Part shown: piece after piece, positions 1 to 15,519 of the stretch | How positions within the stretch are numbered: position 1 is the first letter of the stretch | Layout of the letters: the number at the start of each line of letters is the position of its first letter | NCBI GenBank assembly: GCA_028023455.1 | Contig: JAQFVV010000003.1 | Span: forward strand, 24,924,001 to 24,988,000 | Reading direction: 5' to 3' | Origin: Epiperipatus broadwayi | Taxonomy: Eukaryota; Animalia; Onychophora | Length of the DNA stretch: 64,000 nucleotides | The notes under the pieces: generated by a model | The model's input: only the letters and a program-made list of their open reading frames with translations | Databases searched by the model: none | Told to the model about the DNA's origin: nothing | Position numbers and translations under genes: made by a program

Positions 1-3000
1 TACAGTGATGCATGTATTACTAATGGCCCTTCCCATACAAAGTTTTCCCAAAAACAAATCGAGTCATTCACCCCTTATACGAAGTTTACCCGAACTTTGG
101 GTCATTCAAAGGGGTAAGTGAAGCAACCGACAGCAGAACACATACACATCAGGTAATGAAATTGAACCCTCCCAGCTTTAACGTAACTTTTAATTAGACT
201 TCTACGTTTATGGACAACGTATATATTTTTTTTTATTCGTTGCCAAGCGCCAATCTCGTTATTTACAAGAATCGTAGGGCCTATTAAATATTTATTTGAT
301 TCAGCCTTTTAATTAGTTGCCAGTCTTAATGCTCAGGGGTGGTAGCGCCTTGCGCCAGAGAAGAAACGAAAGGGAACGAAATTTCAAATCAATTCTTTCT
401 ATATCTTTCTATTCTCTTTTATTCTCATTAAAGTTTAAACTAAACCTTTTACAATCATCATATGCCTTACTATCTAATCTGTCTCACTATAAATTATCGT
501 TAAATTCACACCAGCATGCACGTGTGTAAGATTTTGGAACTCATAAATTCTATAACGTGTATCGCACTACATCAATAATTTAATTACAGATCTACTAATA
601 CTTATTCAAAAAACACAATCAATAAATGGCACACATATACATATAATAAATATTTTTAATAAATTATTATTAAGGAGAAGACAATAAAAAAAATTTAATA
701 ATACAGGTATATTACAAAATATTCTCACAATTAGGTTGGATTAACTTTAAACATTTAAAATGGCATAATAAGTGTATATTTACCGGTATAGTATAATCTG
801 AATAAGTGGCGTATGTGTTTTCGAGTGCACTCGCAAAACGATTCAATATCATTAAATTATCATTTTAAATATTATTGCAACTAGACCATTTGACAAAATG
901 TATATGAACTTCATATCCACTCTATCAGATTTTCTAGTGTATTTCAAACAGTTGAAGTTTCCATCACTCTCAGGATATTTATTGGTGAAATTTTACTCAA
1001 TTTGAAAATTATAATTTAGCAAGCATTTTAACCTCCCACTGATTTTATACACTGATTTTCAATATATGGTAATTATTGCCAATTGAAATTTAAAATTTCA
1101 ATCATTTGAATAAGGCTTGATGGAATTAAGCCAAACCATATGGTTACAATATTCCCTTACTGGCAAAAAGGAAAATTTTTAATTTTTACATTTAACTTTT
1201 ACACATTCTGTAATAATAACCTAGACAAGAGAGAAAAATATGTTTATTTTTAGTAAGCATTTTTTTATGTATTAATTTGTTGATGGGTATGGTATTAAAC
1301 TGCAAGCATTGTACATTCCATAATTTCTTTTATTAGAGTACCAATACCATCCGCACAAGGTTCATTACCTATCATAATCGGTTTTCTCATCAGTATTCTA
1401 TTACTCATATCAGTAATTGAATAAGGTAATAGTCTCATCTTAGGAGATGGGTAATCCATCTTGCATTAAGGAAGTAGCCTCACCTTAGGAGATAAGTAAC
1501 TCTTATCATGTGGCCTCTTATCCCAAGAAAGGTTAACCAATGTAATATCCTTCAACGGATAAATAACATGCATAGCAGTGGATATATAAGGAGATGGCCT
1601 CATTTTAGGAGTAAATAATCCATCTCACATAGTCAATCTATGCATAATCACATCACATCACTGTTTTAACAATTTGTGTAAGCATGGGAAATAGTAGTAA
1701 TTATGTGATGTTTAGAGATTACTTAACAGGAGTTTTACAATTGTTTTTGAAACTTATACAATTGCCAGAATCAATTTGTCCACTCTGCAACATGGAATAA
1801 ATTACTTTAAAATATTTTGGAGTTGTGTTTTAATTTATTCATAGTTTTTGGCATCACTTCATTTGAAGATATACATTTAGAAACATATTCAAATAATAGC
1901 AAGGCACAGAAAGGCATTTTATGATTGATTCAAACAGACATGATACGTATTGTTAGCATAAAACTTATTTTTACATGGCACTGGAGTATGAAATGGATAG
2001 TTGTAGAAATCTATCAGTATTTGGAATGAATATAATATACAAAATTGAAAGACTCTCTTCTTTACCTTCCTAAATATAGTTAACTTAGCAATGAACTAAC
2101 ATCAACATCTGTAATTTTTTTTAACATCCTTTTCTTTTATTTGACACATGGGAGTTATTAATTTAGAAATAATAAAAAAGTCTGGAACATCCCTGTAAGT
2201 AACATTTTACAAACAATATTTTAATAAAAAACACCTAATTTAGAATTTTCCTCTAATTACACTTTTATATTTATTTTCTAATTATAAATTCCTTCTTTAA
2301 AAAGAATTAAATTATTTTGCTAAGATTTAAAAATAATTTTTTTTGTTGTTTTTATAACTTTAAACTCATAAGAATCTTCTATAAGATTTTAATCTACAAA
2401 TTTAAAAAAAATATATTTATAAGAAAAACTTTATAAAAATATTTATCTTAACAAACTTATTTAAATTTGCATGTTAAACAACATTTTATTAAAATTGAAA
2501 ACAAATTTATTTTTCTTAATTAATTATAAATAAATCTTGATTAAATAAATTTGTATTTGAAGCTAAATTTAAATTTTGTTATATACATTCTTTCATGCAC
2601 ATCTGTTCACATACATGTTAGATTTTGAATACATTTGTGTTTTTTTTGTTAATTAATTAATATACTTGATTCTAAGACAAATAATTTAAATTTCGTCAAC
2701 TGGTTAGAGGTTACTTGTTAAAACAAATCTTCCCATAAAGCTTTTTAACCTTATTTTGCTTTGTTAATTCTACCTACTGCTAATACATCAATTACAGCCC
2801 TCATGAAATTATTATTTCCATATAAATGAAAACTTTTCAAGTTCTTTTATATGTGTGGTTGTTTGTTAATCATTTATTACAGTTATAGAATAGTAGATTC
2901 TAGAGTTTGAGGTCCATGAATTATGGCCCAGCTTTTCTATATCTGGTGCGCAAACTTCTCATGAACTCCTAAACAATAAATTATTCAATTATTGATATTT

Positions 3001-3599
3001 CAGATCTATCCCATCTTTCAATATTTGGGTAGCATAGTTAGCTCAATATTTGTTGCTACTGACATAGATAATGAAGACATAATCACAGATCACCTGTTAT
3101 ATAATTTAATTGTTAATTATGTTATCTAATAGAAAATTTAGAAGTTTGATTTTTTTTTAAAAAAAAAGGTGGTTGATGTTTAACTTTTCATTTTTTGATT
3201 TTTGTCACATTTTATATAACTGCATAAAACATGGTAAAATGACATAGCTTTTAACTAGATGACATTTTATAAATGTATTGATCAAAAATATAATATACCA
3301 CCACTCCTACTCCCAATCCCTTTTTTTCTCTCTTTTAATCTAAACTTTTCTTAATTTTATTTAAAATAAAAAATTAAGATGATCTAAAATGGCTTCTATT
3401 AGCAGTATCTCTTAAAAATGGTTACTAAGCCACACATAGTACTACATGAGATAAATGAGATCCAGTTAAAATGTTGGGGTACTTGTTGTGTTTGACAAGA
3501 AATTATAATAAATAATATGGTTTCTTCATGCACTGATCACATCAATATGACCCTAATAAAGAATAATATTTTCCTGCTGTTATTTTACATTTAAACATT

Positions 3600-5760
3600 G
3601 ATATTATATGATAATAAATTAATTAGAAAATTTTTACAAGAAACTGATTAGAATGAAGCCAAAAAAAATAATGTCATTAATATTATGTATGAGAAGTTCG
3701 TAGAAATTTTCAAAGATATACATAATAAGTTGCAAAAAAATTACTGTAATTTAAAAAAAAAATGCTAATTGGATAAATAAAAAATACTGAAGTTAATATA
3801 AGAAAAAGACAACATATAAAAAAAATGTAAAAAAAAGTAAACAAAATCATGATTTCTATAATAAGTGTTTATTTGCTGCCAAAGAAAAGTTTAATTTATT
3901 TAAACTTTAAATAATAAAATCATGATTTATTTCTTAAATATAAGGCACATTAAGAAATAAAGTTAATTCTATGATAAAAGCAGAGAAATAATTGTTTTAT
4001 AATAAATTTTTCAATGAAAATAGAAATGATATAAAAAAAAAAACTTTTGAGAAAAATAAATGAAATGTTATTTTAAAAAATCAAGTTCTATAAATGATGA
4101 GAACTTAAAAAAATATTTTAATATAAATGATAGTTTTCTTCTAACAAATACTTTTAATACTATATTTGTGGAAAGAATTAACAAATTAAAAAATATATAA
4201 TTATGATAGTAATATTATGAAAACATACAATAGTCAATCTCATTCAATATTTATGACACATTTAAATGAAGATTTATATAAAATAATAAAAGAAGATGGA
4301 GTTAACATAAGCCCAGGTATAGATACAATCAGAGTAATAGACATAAAAAATAATATTGACAACCTATCAGATATTATAATTTATATATTTAATAAAATAA
4401 TAGAAAGTAGTGTTTTTCCTACATTATTGAAAACATCTATAGTAAAACCAGTTTATAAATCTAGTGCTAAACATAATTTTGATAATTATAGAACTATAGC
4501 TAGTCTTCCTTAAAATTCTAAAATAATAGAAAAATATATTTATAGAATAATTAAAATATTTTTAGCTAAAAATAATTTTATAAATAAAAACCAATATGGA
4601 TTCATAGAAAGAAAAACATAATTATGTTACTAGAGAATTTTACAGATAAAATTAAAAATAGTACATTAAATGAGAAAAAATATGTAACTATAATTTTTTT
4701 AGATTTTTATAAGGCTTTTGATATTATTGAGCATAAGCAATTGATGCACAGTTTAAAAATTATAGAGTTAAAAAAAATTGCTGAGTTTTTTAAAAAATTA
4801 TTTAAGCTTAAAGACAAATACGTTTATCAATAATATCAAATGTATTGAGTAAGGAACAAAAAAATTGATGTGGAGTTCCTCAAGGTTCTATACTTAGCGC
4901 ATTATCATTTTTGATTTTCATAAATGATCTAGGAAATATTAATATTTCAAGGATCAATATATCAATATACAGATGATACAGTTATTATGAGAGTAAATAT
5001 TGGTATTGCAATTAAAGAATGTCAAGAAAATCTGAATAAAATTGTGTTTTGGTGCTTTGAGAGAGGAATTTATATAAATGAAGAAAAAACAAAATGTATG
5101 TTAATATATTTTTCTCACATGAAATATAAAAATATTGATATACATCTGCATTCATATATATAATGATAATAAATGGTTAAAAGTAAAACAGGTAAAATAT
5201 ATTAGATAGCTTTGATTGATGATAAATAAAAAATATTTTGGTAACATCATATAAACATACTAATTAATAAGTGTAGATATTTTATAGCAATGTTTTACAA
5301 AATTAAAGATGTTTCTCCTTTAAATATTTTTATTGTTATATATAAATCTTTATGTGAATCTTTATTGAGATATGAAATAATGTTTCACAGTTTGTATCAG
5401 CATTAATGCAAAAAGAATAATTGATCTAATAGAAAAAAATTATATAAAAAAAAAAAAAAGAGTACAAAAATAATATTTTATTATTCAATGAACTTCTTGA
5501 ATATATAATTATAGAGAGAAAAAAAATTTTGACAATACTTTCAAAAAATCTTATATAAAGCAATTTGAAATGTGTCTAAAAAAAAAAAAAACAGATACAT
5601 ACAGTTTCAAAATATTGTAATAAATATGGAACTAGAGTAAGAAATCATTATATTCTTAAATTATTCAATAATTTACCTATTGAATTAAAAGGCTTGCAAC
5701 ATTATAGGGGAATAAACAAAAAACAAATTAATTTTTTAAAAAAAAAAGAAAAAATATGTT
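3600..5760 (+). mobile_element. Decayed, extremely AT-rich CR1/Jockey-like LINE (RT region)
   Basis: Broken RT motifs: VKPVYKS..NYRTIASL, NQYGF, IFLDFYKAFDII, GVPQGSIL, INDL, YTDDT. Many stops. Boundaries approximate. Confidence 0.75.
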
Positions 5761-8057
5761 AAAAATTAGTGTATAGAAAAATATACATATATTATTGAAA
5801 TGTAATTTATTGTTGTTGTTATTATTAGCATATTTTGTATTATGTTTAAAATTACATGAAAATATATAAAATATTATAAAAATTTTCTTCTACATAAAAA
5901 TAAATATATTTTAACCTATATTTAAATGAATGAATGTAATAAATGTATTTATTTTAATAAAGAGTTTTAATAAAACCAGAAAGATACAGAACAATTAAAA
6001 CCAAATGTACTTTAATAATGTGATTAAACACCATTTTGTTTTAATGTAAAATATCAGAAAAATGCAAATTGGATGACCCATATTTTAACTAAACCAACTT
6101 CCTCAGATAGTCTTGGCTCTCTACATTCATCCAATATTCTTCCAACACTATTGTTTCATTTATATCTAGATAAAGTACAACCAAGTCAAATTATTGGTTT
6201 CATTTTTCAAAGATTCACAATTCCTAGATATTACATAATTAACTTTCATCCCCATATTTCAGACAATTATTCTTTGTATTTCAGATATTAAAATTTGTTT
6301 TCTCAATTATACTCATTTAATTTAAAAGTAAAGTATATCATATAATCTTATAAATTATTAGAACATATTAAACTTTAATCTTAACCTATTGTATTTTCTT
6401 TCACACACCCTTCACAAACAAATCTATTTTAATGATACTATGTGATATCTAGAGATAAGATAGCTTTGAAAAATAAAGTTTTTAATATAAATTGGATGTA
6501 ATTTATCTGGATAGGATTGAAACCCAAAGTGAATGTAGACTGAGAATATATAAGAAATTGGTTTAGTCAAAAACATATCGTGAAGGAGAGTTGCATTTTT
6601 CTGATATCTTACATTGGTGGATTTACAAAGTAAAATGAAGAATGTTATTAAACATACTTGTGTTTATAGAAGGCTTAAGAAAGAAAGTATGTTAACTTAA
6701 GTTATTTTAATAATTTATAAAGTTAAGTGATATATTACATCTTCCAATTTAATTAAAGAAAAATTTATTTCTCAAATATAAATAATAAATGATGTTTAAG
6801 GATGATAGGATCATTAATGATATTTAAAAATAGAAAGGCTTTGCAAAATAAAACTGATAACTTGATTTTTAAAAAACAAAAATTGTTACATTTTTATTTA
6901 CCATTGTCAAACTCACTCCACTCACAACATTGACACCATCCACCTCAGATAAATACAATAATGATTATTACTAATCATTTTCTAACCTAGAGATTATCTC
7001 TAGTACAGATATAAACTTTAAACCTCAGTTAAAGATTAATATATCTGATTTTTTAATTTTAAACATACTCATACATGAAGTTATTCACCTTTTTTCCCCC
7101 CATGTGTAATACCTTTATAGATATATTGCATTCTTATTTTTTGCTTATGGAAATTTTAATATTTATACATGCACAATAGGGATTTCAAAATTTGATGGAA
7201 ATTTTTGACACTTATGTGTATGCATGTGATCATAATGCATACATTTATATATATATGTTGTAATTTTAATAATGTATAGATTACTCTCTATAAGAAGGAA
7301 TATTAAATAAATGCTTTAATTGTAGCGACAGTATAATACCATAAAAGAAAAAAATAATATAGACACTTGCAGGACATGTGTTTCTCTGGATAAACTATAA
7401 ATATCTTGAAAGTACTGGCATCATTTCTTTATGATATTGCAGTTACTGTAATGTTAAAGCATTTATTTAACACATTATAAAAAACATTATGTATATCTAT
7501 TATTTATTATACTACCTAAATATATAAGAAGAAAGAGCTTTAAAGTAAAATGGTTAGGATATCTACTTATCATGCTTGGGCTTGGGGTTCAAATGTGGAT
7601 TTAGTAAAACTACAAAAACTTTTTAGATTCCAAACAGGCTTTAGGATTTTTCTTTCAGGTGGCCAAATCCCGGGTATATGATTATTAGTAAATGAGTAAC
7701 TAACTGTTCTTAAATATAATATTAAAAAAGGATGGAAAACTGCTGAAAGCCCTCATCACCCAAAAGTTGGAAAAATCCTAATGAATAATGCCTTCGTCAC
7801 AGCTATGTGGTGATTATTTAAAGGTTGTTTTAGCTTTTGTCATAACTATATATATATATATATATATATAATAGAAATTATTGACTGAAAATATTTAAAA
7901 AAAAAACAAAGGATAACTAGATATTGTACCATTTACAACTTTCTTTAATACTTTAACAATTCTATTTTTTATATCAAAACTTTAAACAGTTTTGACTGTC
8001 CTGCAGTCATCATCAGAGCTACAATACTGTAAAAATACTTAAAAAAAAAATACTGAC

Positions 8058-8203
8058 CCATAATTGATACATCATATTCAATGGTCAATAAAGCTTCTTT
8101 GTCCACTTGTTTGAGAATTGCAAGAGCTTCTCCATGCTTGGCATTAGTCAAGTTAATGTTATCTACTGCCATCAACCGATCTCCTGCTTTAATACTACCT
8201 TCT
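8058..8203 (-). CDS. GRIP1: GRIP-like coding exon, PDZ2 C-terminal part ([48 protein letters not shown])
   Basis: tttttag acceptor and GTCAGT donor; 146 bp, phase 2/1. Matches GRIP1 EGTIKPGDRLLSVDGI...LLIEYDVSVM. The next exon was not found in 1-8057. Confidence 0.93.
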
Positions 8204-11053
8204 CTAAAAAAAAATATAAAAACAAAATTGCATAAAAACATATAAATAATTCTTATTTTTGGAGGAAAAAAACATGATTTTTTTTTCTACATAACTAGTG
8301 TTAATCTTATATTGATTTTATCTTAAAATATATAAGGACAAACAATTACAGTGTTAAATATATGTAACACTAATGGACAATCTTCCTGAAGTGACTGTTA
8401 CAACTAGTAAATGATCTGCCCTCTAGCTATATGCAATAAATATATTTAGTATTATAATCATTTATTTTTATATATTTATCATTTGAATCTTTGCAAAATT
8501 TTAAAAATGAAAAAAAAAAAACTGCTCTGCTTTGAAAATTAAAATAGCAATCAAATTTAAAAATTTGCAAAATATTTCTTAATTGATTTAAGTTGTTCAT
8601 GACAATCCTCTGTATAACAATGTATGGAATAGTAAAAAAAACAATCAATCTTTTATTGAATATATTGTCAAATACTGGGGCTAGAATGGAGATCGATTAT
8701 TCTTAGCAACAGTTACTTCAGAGATTACTCTTGAGTATCATATACATACAACAAACAATTAATTTGTTATTCATTTATAATATTTTCACTATCATACCAG
8801 AGTGATAAATCACTAATATTTAAAGTAGCTTTTTCCAATTTTTTTAATTTTTATTATGGCACATTTTACAACTTGCATGGAATACTTACATTAAATTTGC
8901 TATTTGTGTTAAAAAACAAATAAATGAATATGGTGCTCAGGCATTTGTTTATTAAAGAAATATTGTTATCTTATATGAATATAATATCCACATAAATATA
9001 AGAAAACAATCAATTATATTATTTAATCAAATTGGTTTTACATATAAATAATTAATATGTAAAGCTTTAATAATATTTTTCATAGACACCTTACTCATGC
9101 CTTGTGGAACACTACTGTTCCATAAAACACAGTTTGGAAAAATTCAATTATTACAGATATAACTAAAAACAATAATAAAAAAATACTCTGTGCAAGTAGC
9201 TATAATATAAAATTATCCTCATCACTTTCATATATATCATCATTTGCTGATATTCAAACTTTCTGCTTTGGAATTGCAATGCTTCTATTAAATTTTAATG
9301 CAATTCTAAAATTGTCTTTTTTTAAGTGTCTTATGAAAGTTTCAACCACTGAGAAGTCATTTTCAGAAGTAAAAAACAGTTGTATTACAATACTGCAAGT
9401 ATCATAAGAAATTTAAATAAAACATTATTAAAAGTACAGTAAACAAGTATGGATTTTAAAAGAAATCATTATTTATTTGATTACGAGAAGGCAAGTTCTT
9501 TTCAAAGATTGCCTATAATTTGCTTTACTTAAATATTCATAATTATCATAATTACTCCTTTCCTTAAGATTATTTATAATCTATTTCTTTTTTTATTTTA
9601 TCCTTTTTTAACACTCTCCCATCTCTAGCAATCATATTTTTCTTAATTCTCTTGATCTAAAAAGCATATTCCACCTAATTCCATTTTATTCTCATATTTC
9701 TCCAATGAATAATTTTTTCACACTTACTCTTTTCACTACTTTTACATTGCTAATCTTATACTTCTAGCATTCTTTTTAGACTTCTCCAAATCCATATCTT
9801 TAAAATGATAATAACAAATCAAACTTCCAATTAAAACAATATGTTGAGACAAGACTCCACTAAAGTTAGGAATTTTATATAATCACTGGTTATTCAAGCT
9901 TGCACTAATTGACTTTAGAATAGAGATATGCTATTGACTTATTTCTAAAGCTGCCAATCTTTTCATCTCTCTTTTGCTAATTGATGCATTCAAACCTCTC
10001 CCTTAAATGTAATTTCAATAGATAATAAAATAATTTACTATTTTTATTAAAAACCTATTCAGTTATTGCAATTTTTATTCTAATGTGTTTATCATTACTT
10101 TCATAATCAATTGTTTATTAGGCTATGATTTAGGAAAAGACTTATATATCTTAAGTTTTATACTAACATGTTCAAGGCAATTTTTAACCTTTTTGAAATC
10201 GTAAAATGAAAACTAACAAGAAAAATATAAAATAACATTTTTTTGTTAAAGATTACAAATTACATAGTAGTAAAAAAATAAGATATTAATTAAAAAATAA
10301 TTATTATAATTGTAAAAACTATAATTAAAGTAAGTTATTTATGTAAAAAATGAAATATTTATTCAAATTAAGTTTAATGCAACATTTAAGTTTGATGCCA
10401 TAGATTTAGTAATATCAAGTCTAAATACTTTACTCAGAATCATGTTTAATAAATTTATCCATTTTGTCTTATTATGATGATAAATATTTATTTCTAATAT
10501 AATAAATTTCAGCTGATTATCAAAATATTTAATAAGAAATGGAATTAATAATTGTTAAAATTAATTTTTAGCACAAATCTATATATATTATTAGATTTAA
10601 GATGTCAGAGATCTAAGATAATAAAATTAGAATTATAATATTTCTAATTAAAACATAAAACCAAATACAAATGTATAAGTTGCAAAAGAGACTTTGTCAA
10701 ATGGTGTGTCATAGGATTACAGTTCACTCAAAATGCAAGTTTTATGAATGCTACAGTTTCAGTTAATATGATACAATACAACGATCACTTTATTTGCCCA
10801 ATATAACCCTCCATAATTTTTCAGGGTTATTTACTAATGTTTTGAGAAATATTAATTAAGAAACAATGCATTATGGCATTAATGAATATTTCAACATCCT
10901 AAGGTTTTAATCCAAAACCATCAACTAAGAAAATATAGGTCTAAAACCAATTTACTTTAATAATTTGATATAACCAATTAGCTTTAAAAAAATCTAATAT
11001 GAAACAAAAATGAGATGTATGTATGTATATGTGTGTATGTAAAGCAGTCTTAC

Positions 11054-11216
11054 CTATCTGCAGGGCTTCCAGGCCTTACATGAGTAATGATTAAAGGACG
11101 TGATTTAAAATGGTCATCAGAAGCGCCACCTCGTAATGTAAATCCAAAGCTCCCATTTTCTTTTTCCAATTTGATTTGTATAGTTTTTGGTGAGACACAC
11201 ATTGAACTGTCAGCAG
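11054..11216 (-). CDS. GRIP1: GRIP-like coding exon, PDZ2 N-terminal part ([55 protein letters not shown])
   Basis: ccccttcttag acceptor and GTAAGA donor; 163 bp, phase 1/2. Matches GRIP1 PDZ2 ([43 protein letters not shown]). Confidence 0.93.
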
Positions 11217-11393
11217 CTAAGAAGGGGAAAAATCATATCTACATATACTGTTATCAACTATTAATAGACGCTTATATTTAACAATATAATTTAAATTTTT
11301 TTTATTTATAAGATTTAAATAATACTTAAAAAAAAAAACATTCAATAATAGGTAAAATCATAAATAAAAAGAAAAATCTACTGTGCAACTCAC

Positions 11394-11539
11394 ATGTGGT
11401 AGGAACTTCGTACTCGACTTCAAGGGTAACCTTATCTCCTGCGTTTTTTAATAAATTTACAATCTCTTCATGTTTTAATTTATTAGTTCGGATTCCATTG
11501 ACTGAGAGAATATTATCTCCAACTTCAAGAGCATCACTC
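11394..11539 (-). CDS. GRIP1: GRIP-like coding exon, PDZ1 C-terminal part ([48 protein letters not shown])
   Basis: tttccacag acceptor and GTGAGT donor; 146 bp, phase 2/1. Lies in the ORF-track frame 11326-11631 and matches GRIP1 SDQLDVGDYIKAVNGI...VVLEVEYELPP. Confidence 0.92.
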
Positions 11540-12299
11540 CTGTGGAAAGAAAATAAAAGAATAATTAAAATTTTTCTAGCAAAAATATTTAAATTATTAA
11601 GAATTTTTAATGTATATATAAATGTTTGCATCCAATAAAAATAGTTACAGTATAAACATCATAAACTAATTGTGTAAACAAGTTGATTTTAGCACTTTTT
11701 TTTCTTTTAAAGTTATATAAACAATTACCAAGTTTTTTTAAAATAAAAAGTTATTAATTTTAAAATTTTATATGGTGTGAATAATTCATTTCTATCAGTA
11801 ATATATGTTGGTTAAAAACTAAAACAGTCTTTAAATATTTCATTGCAGAACAATGGTCTCTTCAACAGCTCTTCAAAAAAGAATAGATGAGGAGAAGACA
11901 TTACTCTCTAGATAATGAAAAAATGTACATTTATCATCTTAGTTCCACTCTCTAAATTCCTATTTTTTTGTCCAATTGCAGATGGTTATGGACTGGCTAA
12001 AAATTCTAAGCCAATTTACAACCTAAAAATATTATCTGGTTTTACTTCACTATCATTATGTGTAATGATATTCACAATATCACAAGGTTTTTCTGGTCAC
12101 ACACACATATGTTTAAGGATTAAAATTTTAAAATACAATAGCCTCCTATATCTATAGACTCACTATCCATAGTTTCAGTAACCACAATTTGAAAGAATAT
12201 TAAATTAAAAATTCACGACTTTGAATTAATAAATTTCATGCATACACCTGGATTTATGAATGATCACGAATCATCTCCCAATCTGCCATTTTTAACATG

Positions 12300-12410
12300 A
12301 CTGACTTTCATGCATGGTATAATACAGTGGTAGAGTGGCAGATTTCTAGAATTCATGGTCCATAGATGGCAGCTCTGATTCATGACTCCTGGTGTTGAAC
12401 TTTTTGTGAA
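12300..12410 (+). mobile_element. Decayed tRNA-derived SINE-like repeat (relatives at ~2890-2970 + and ~24700-24800 -)
   Basis: Shared GTAGAGTGGCAGA..CTAGA..GGTCCAT..CTGGTG..AACTT motif with an A-box-like start. Confidence 0.35.
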
Positions 12411-13730
12411 TGCCTGAATATTATATATATATTTCACAAAACTTGCAACCTCCTAGTAATTTGTTTATTCTTTCTACTTATTACAATACTATCTATCTAA
12501 TAACAGAATTATTCTATTTTTTTGTTACGAATATTTTTGTTAAGGTTTGAATGTAAACATTTTAAAATCAATTGTACCTTATGTTGATACATATTAAAAA
12601 TGAATACTATATATCACATCCATGTAGGATTTGTTGTTATCCGTGGTCTCATATATTGTAATTAAATATAAGTCTAAAAATTAAAAATTAAATAATGTAA
12701 CTTTTAAATCAGAGTTCACATTTTGTATAAATTGGTTTAAACCTAATTAAAAATTGAAAAAATATTTAGTAAATAAACAAATTATTATTTTAAAGAAAGT
12801 GGATAAATAATGTAAGTAACTAAGTATGTACATATTTTAAAGCATTGTATCCATTATACCAACATCCATTGTTTCATTTATATACTATCCCAAAAAATTA
12901 ATAAAAACAATTTGTAAAATAAATATTAAATTTTAGAATCTATATTTACTGATATTACAACAATCATTCCTTCTAATGATTCTTAAATCTCTGCATCACA
13001 AATAAGTTTTTTTTTTTGCATAAAGTTCAAATTTTGTTTAAAATGCAATCTAAGTTTGGAGATAATTTTAAAGCAATTCAGCCAACCTAAAAGAACTTAT
13101 GTAGTATTTTTGTGAAACAATAAAATGAAAATAATTATTTAATATTAAAAAAAATTATATCCTAAAATTGGACATTAGTTTAAAAAGAACTAAATCATCC
13201 ATTGAAGAAATATTGCTAAGAGAAAATCAAATCTATTTTAATAAAAAAAATTTTTTTTTAAAAGTAAGATTGATTAAACATATATTGTGTGTATGAGGTT
13301 TTCTGAAATGAAAGTTGTAGAGGAAATAATTAACAGAACACTTTTTTTCACTGAATTTGGAGATTTATGCAACAAATGCAAATATATATAGCAAATTTTA
13401 GAACGGAATACATATTTTCAGCATGAAAGTCAGTTTTCAAATTAGTTTACATATCTCTTTTTGTCTTTAGCTATAAAAATGTTGTACATATTTATGTTTA
13501 AAAATATTCTCCCAGATGCATAGACTGCAATAAGTAAAAAAAATAATACAATAAAAAAATCAAATTTATTTTACCATAATATTAAATCATAATTTTACTA
13601 AAAGAAAGGAATTAACTCATCCCAGTTAGAAGTGGTATAAATGAAAGTAATTTTATTTCTCTATTTTTTGCAATTTATTGTTATATCTTTTTTTTTTACC
13701 TTTTTTTATACAAATATTATAATATTTAAT

Positions 13731-14270
13731 AGAGTTATAATTATATTTTATTGAGTGCACAGGAAGAATATGTAAATATTTAAACAGGCTTTAACCTTTA
13801 ATAAATGCACCTTAAAATTTCTAAAAGTCAAGCAATATTACTTTGCCAATAGAGGGACCTCACAAACCATGACACAAGATAGTGACTTTTATAAAGATAA
13901 GAGCAGTCATCTTACCTTTAACCTAAATTTCTAGTTATACAGGCCAATCTGAAGTAGTTTATAGATTTTCCAGTATTAAGATCATAATCTTAACTCACTG
14001 TAAATCACAAGATTTCACGAAGATAATGTAAAGGAAATAGCGGAGTTAAAAAGTGAAGAAAACAACAACTTCACGTTCCCAAATCAGGATGCTTCAGATT
14101 AGCCTATATAAGTAGAAATTTAGGTTAAGGATAAGATGGCTGCTCTTATCTTTATAAAAGTCGCTATCTTGTGTTGTGGTTTGTGAGGTCCCTCTATTGG
14201 CAAAATAATATTGCTTGACTATTAGAAATTTTAAGGTGCATTCGTTACAGGTTAAAGACTAATGCTTATT
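13731..14270. repeat. Family C: inverted arrangement of a ~365-nt monomer
   Basis: About 170-bp inverted repeat (~13786-13957 vs ~14096-14268); both arms match 15520-16015. Confidence 0.8.
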
Positions 14271-15519
14271 AAAAAAATCAAATTTCAAACCTTAATTATA
14301 TCATAAAATAATACTTTTCTTAGAAGCAGTAACACATACTGATATAATTACGGTATATATAAAAATGATGCAGCCGTTGTGGTGTAAAAGTATTTTCTTT
14401 AGGTAATGATTTTAGCAATGAGTCATAGAAACAAAAATGCTGATGTTAAAAAAAAATTCAAAACAAAACATACTGAATAGTGGAAATCTAAATGCTAATC
14501 TAGAAATGGCTAAATCATCAAACTTTATTAGCTGAAATAGCAAATATTATAAGTGCCCCTGTCTGATTAGCAACCATATGTGAAACACTTTTCAAAGTGC
14601 TTCAACTTTGAGTAAAGCATCTGACTTTTTTGTTATCAATTTGTGAGCTTACTAACACTTATTGCTACAGTGTATTTCTTCTGTAATTTATTTCATAATC
14701 TTTAGTAGCTTTTATTTTTCATTTAAATCTTTTTGTACAGATTCATGACCCAAAAATAGTGTCAAACATTTGATCAGCATTTTAATGGGAAAAAAACTAA
14801 AGTAGTCAGTGATTTTTAAATAAAATCATATGGTTAAATTAATGATTTACACCATTTTTAAAAAAAATCATAAATTAAAAAGTGTGCAGATAATAAAAAA
14901 AAATTCCAACTTGAGCAGCTTACATTATAACATCACAAAACTAATGGAAATTCTTTCATTAATATGGATTAATAATAGAATTAATGAGATAATTATTTGT
15001 AAAAAAGATTAACAATAGTTTGAATAATTTTTGCTAAGCCTAATGAAAATGTTGCTCCCTGAATTCAGAAAAAACTCAAATGCCCATACAAATAGAATTC
15101 CTTCTGAATGTTATCTTACAAGAAAGTGGAAGTACTGAAATCAACAATCTGCAAATTGTTCTTAGAATATAAAGTTTGTTTATCTTTTAATTTTATGCTT
15201 TTAAAAAATAAATTTGTTTTCATTAAAATTTAACTATAAAATGATAGAGCAAATTAACTTCATAAATTATTTTTATATTTTTTACTTTCCTGGTTAAATG
15301 GTTTTTATAGGTAGGAAGTTTGATTTATTCCATGGGCTTGAAATGGATTATCTCTAAATACAGATATTTCATTGTAAACTATAAAAAGCAAATAATATAA
15401 ACAAATGGCTTTCTGAAAGCAATTAATTTGTTATAATAGATTTCAATGTATGTGCATGTTGAAAATAACTGTACACATATAGGATAGAACACTTTCAATT
15501 ACAATACTGAATATTAGAA

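Noticed and set aside
76-86. TATACGAAGTT resembles a loxP arm
   Set aside because: Only 11 of 13 bases, with no spacer or second arm; chance match.
1430-1630. Three degenerate GCCTCA(T/C)CTTAGGAG motifs
   Set aside because: Irregular spacing and decay; no supportable function.
1-8057. Next GRIP exon (PDZ3, GPLLVE-like); a minus-frame EGPLVIH near 10-35 was considered
   Set aside because: No PDZ similarity or splice context; the exon is probably outside the window or was missed.
14073-14092. GTTCCCAAATCAGGAT resembles part of a twister ribozyme core
   Set aside because: The flanking P1 and P2 pairings required for twister are absent.
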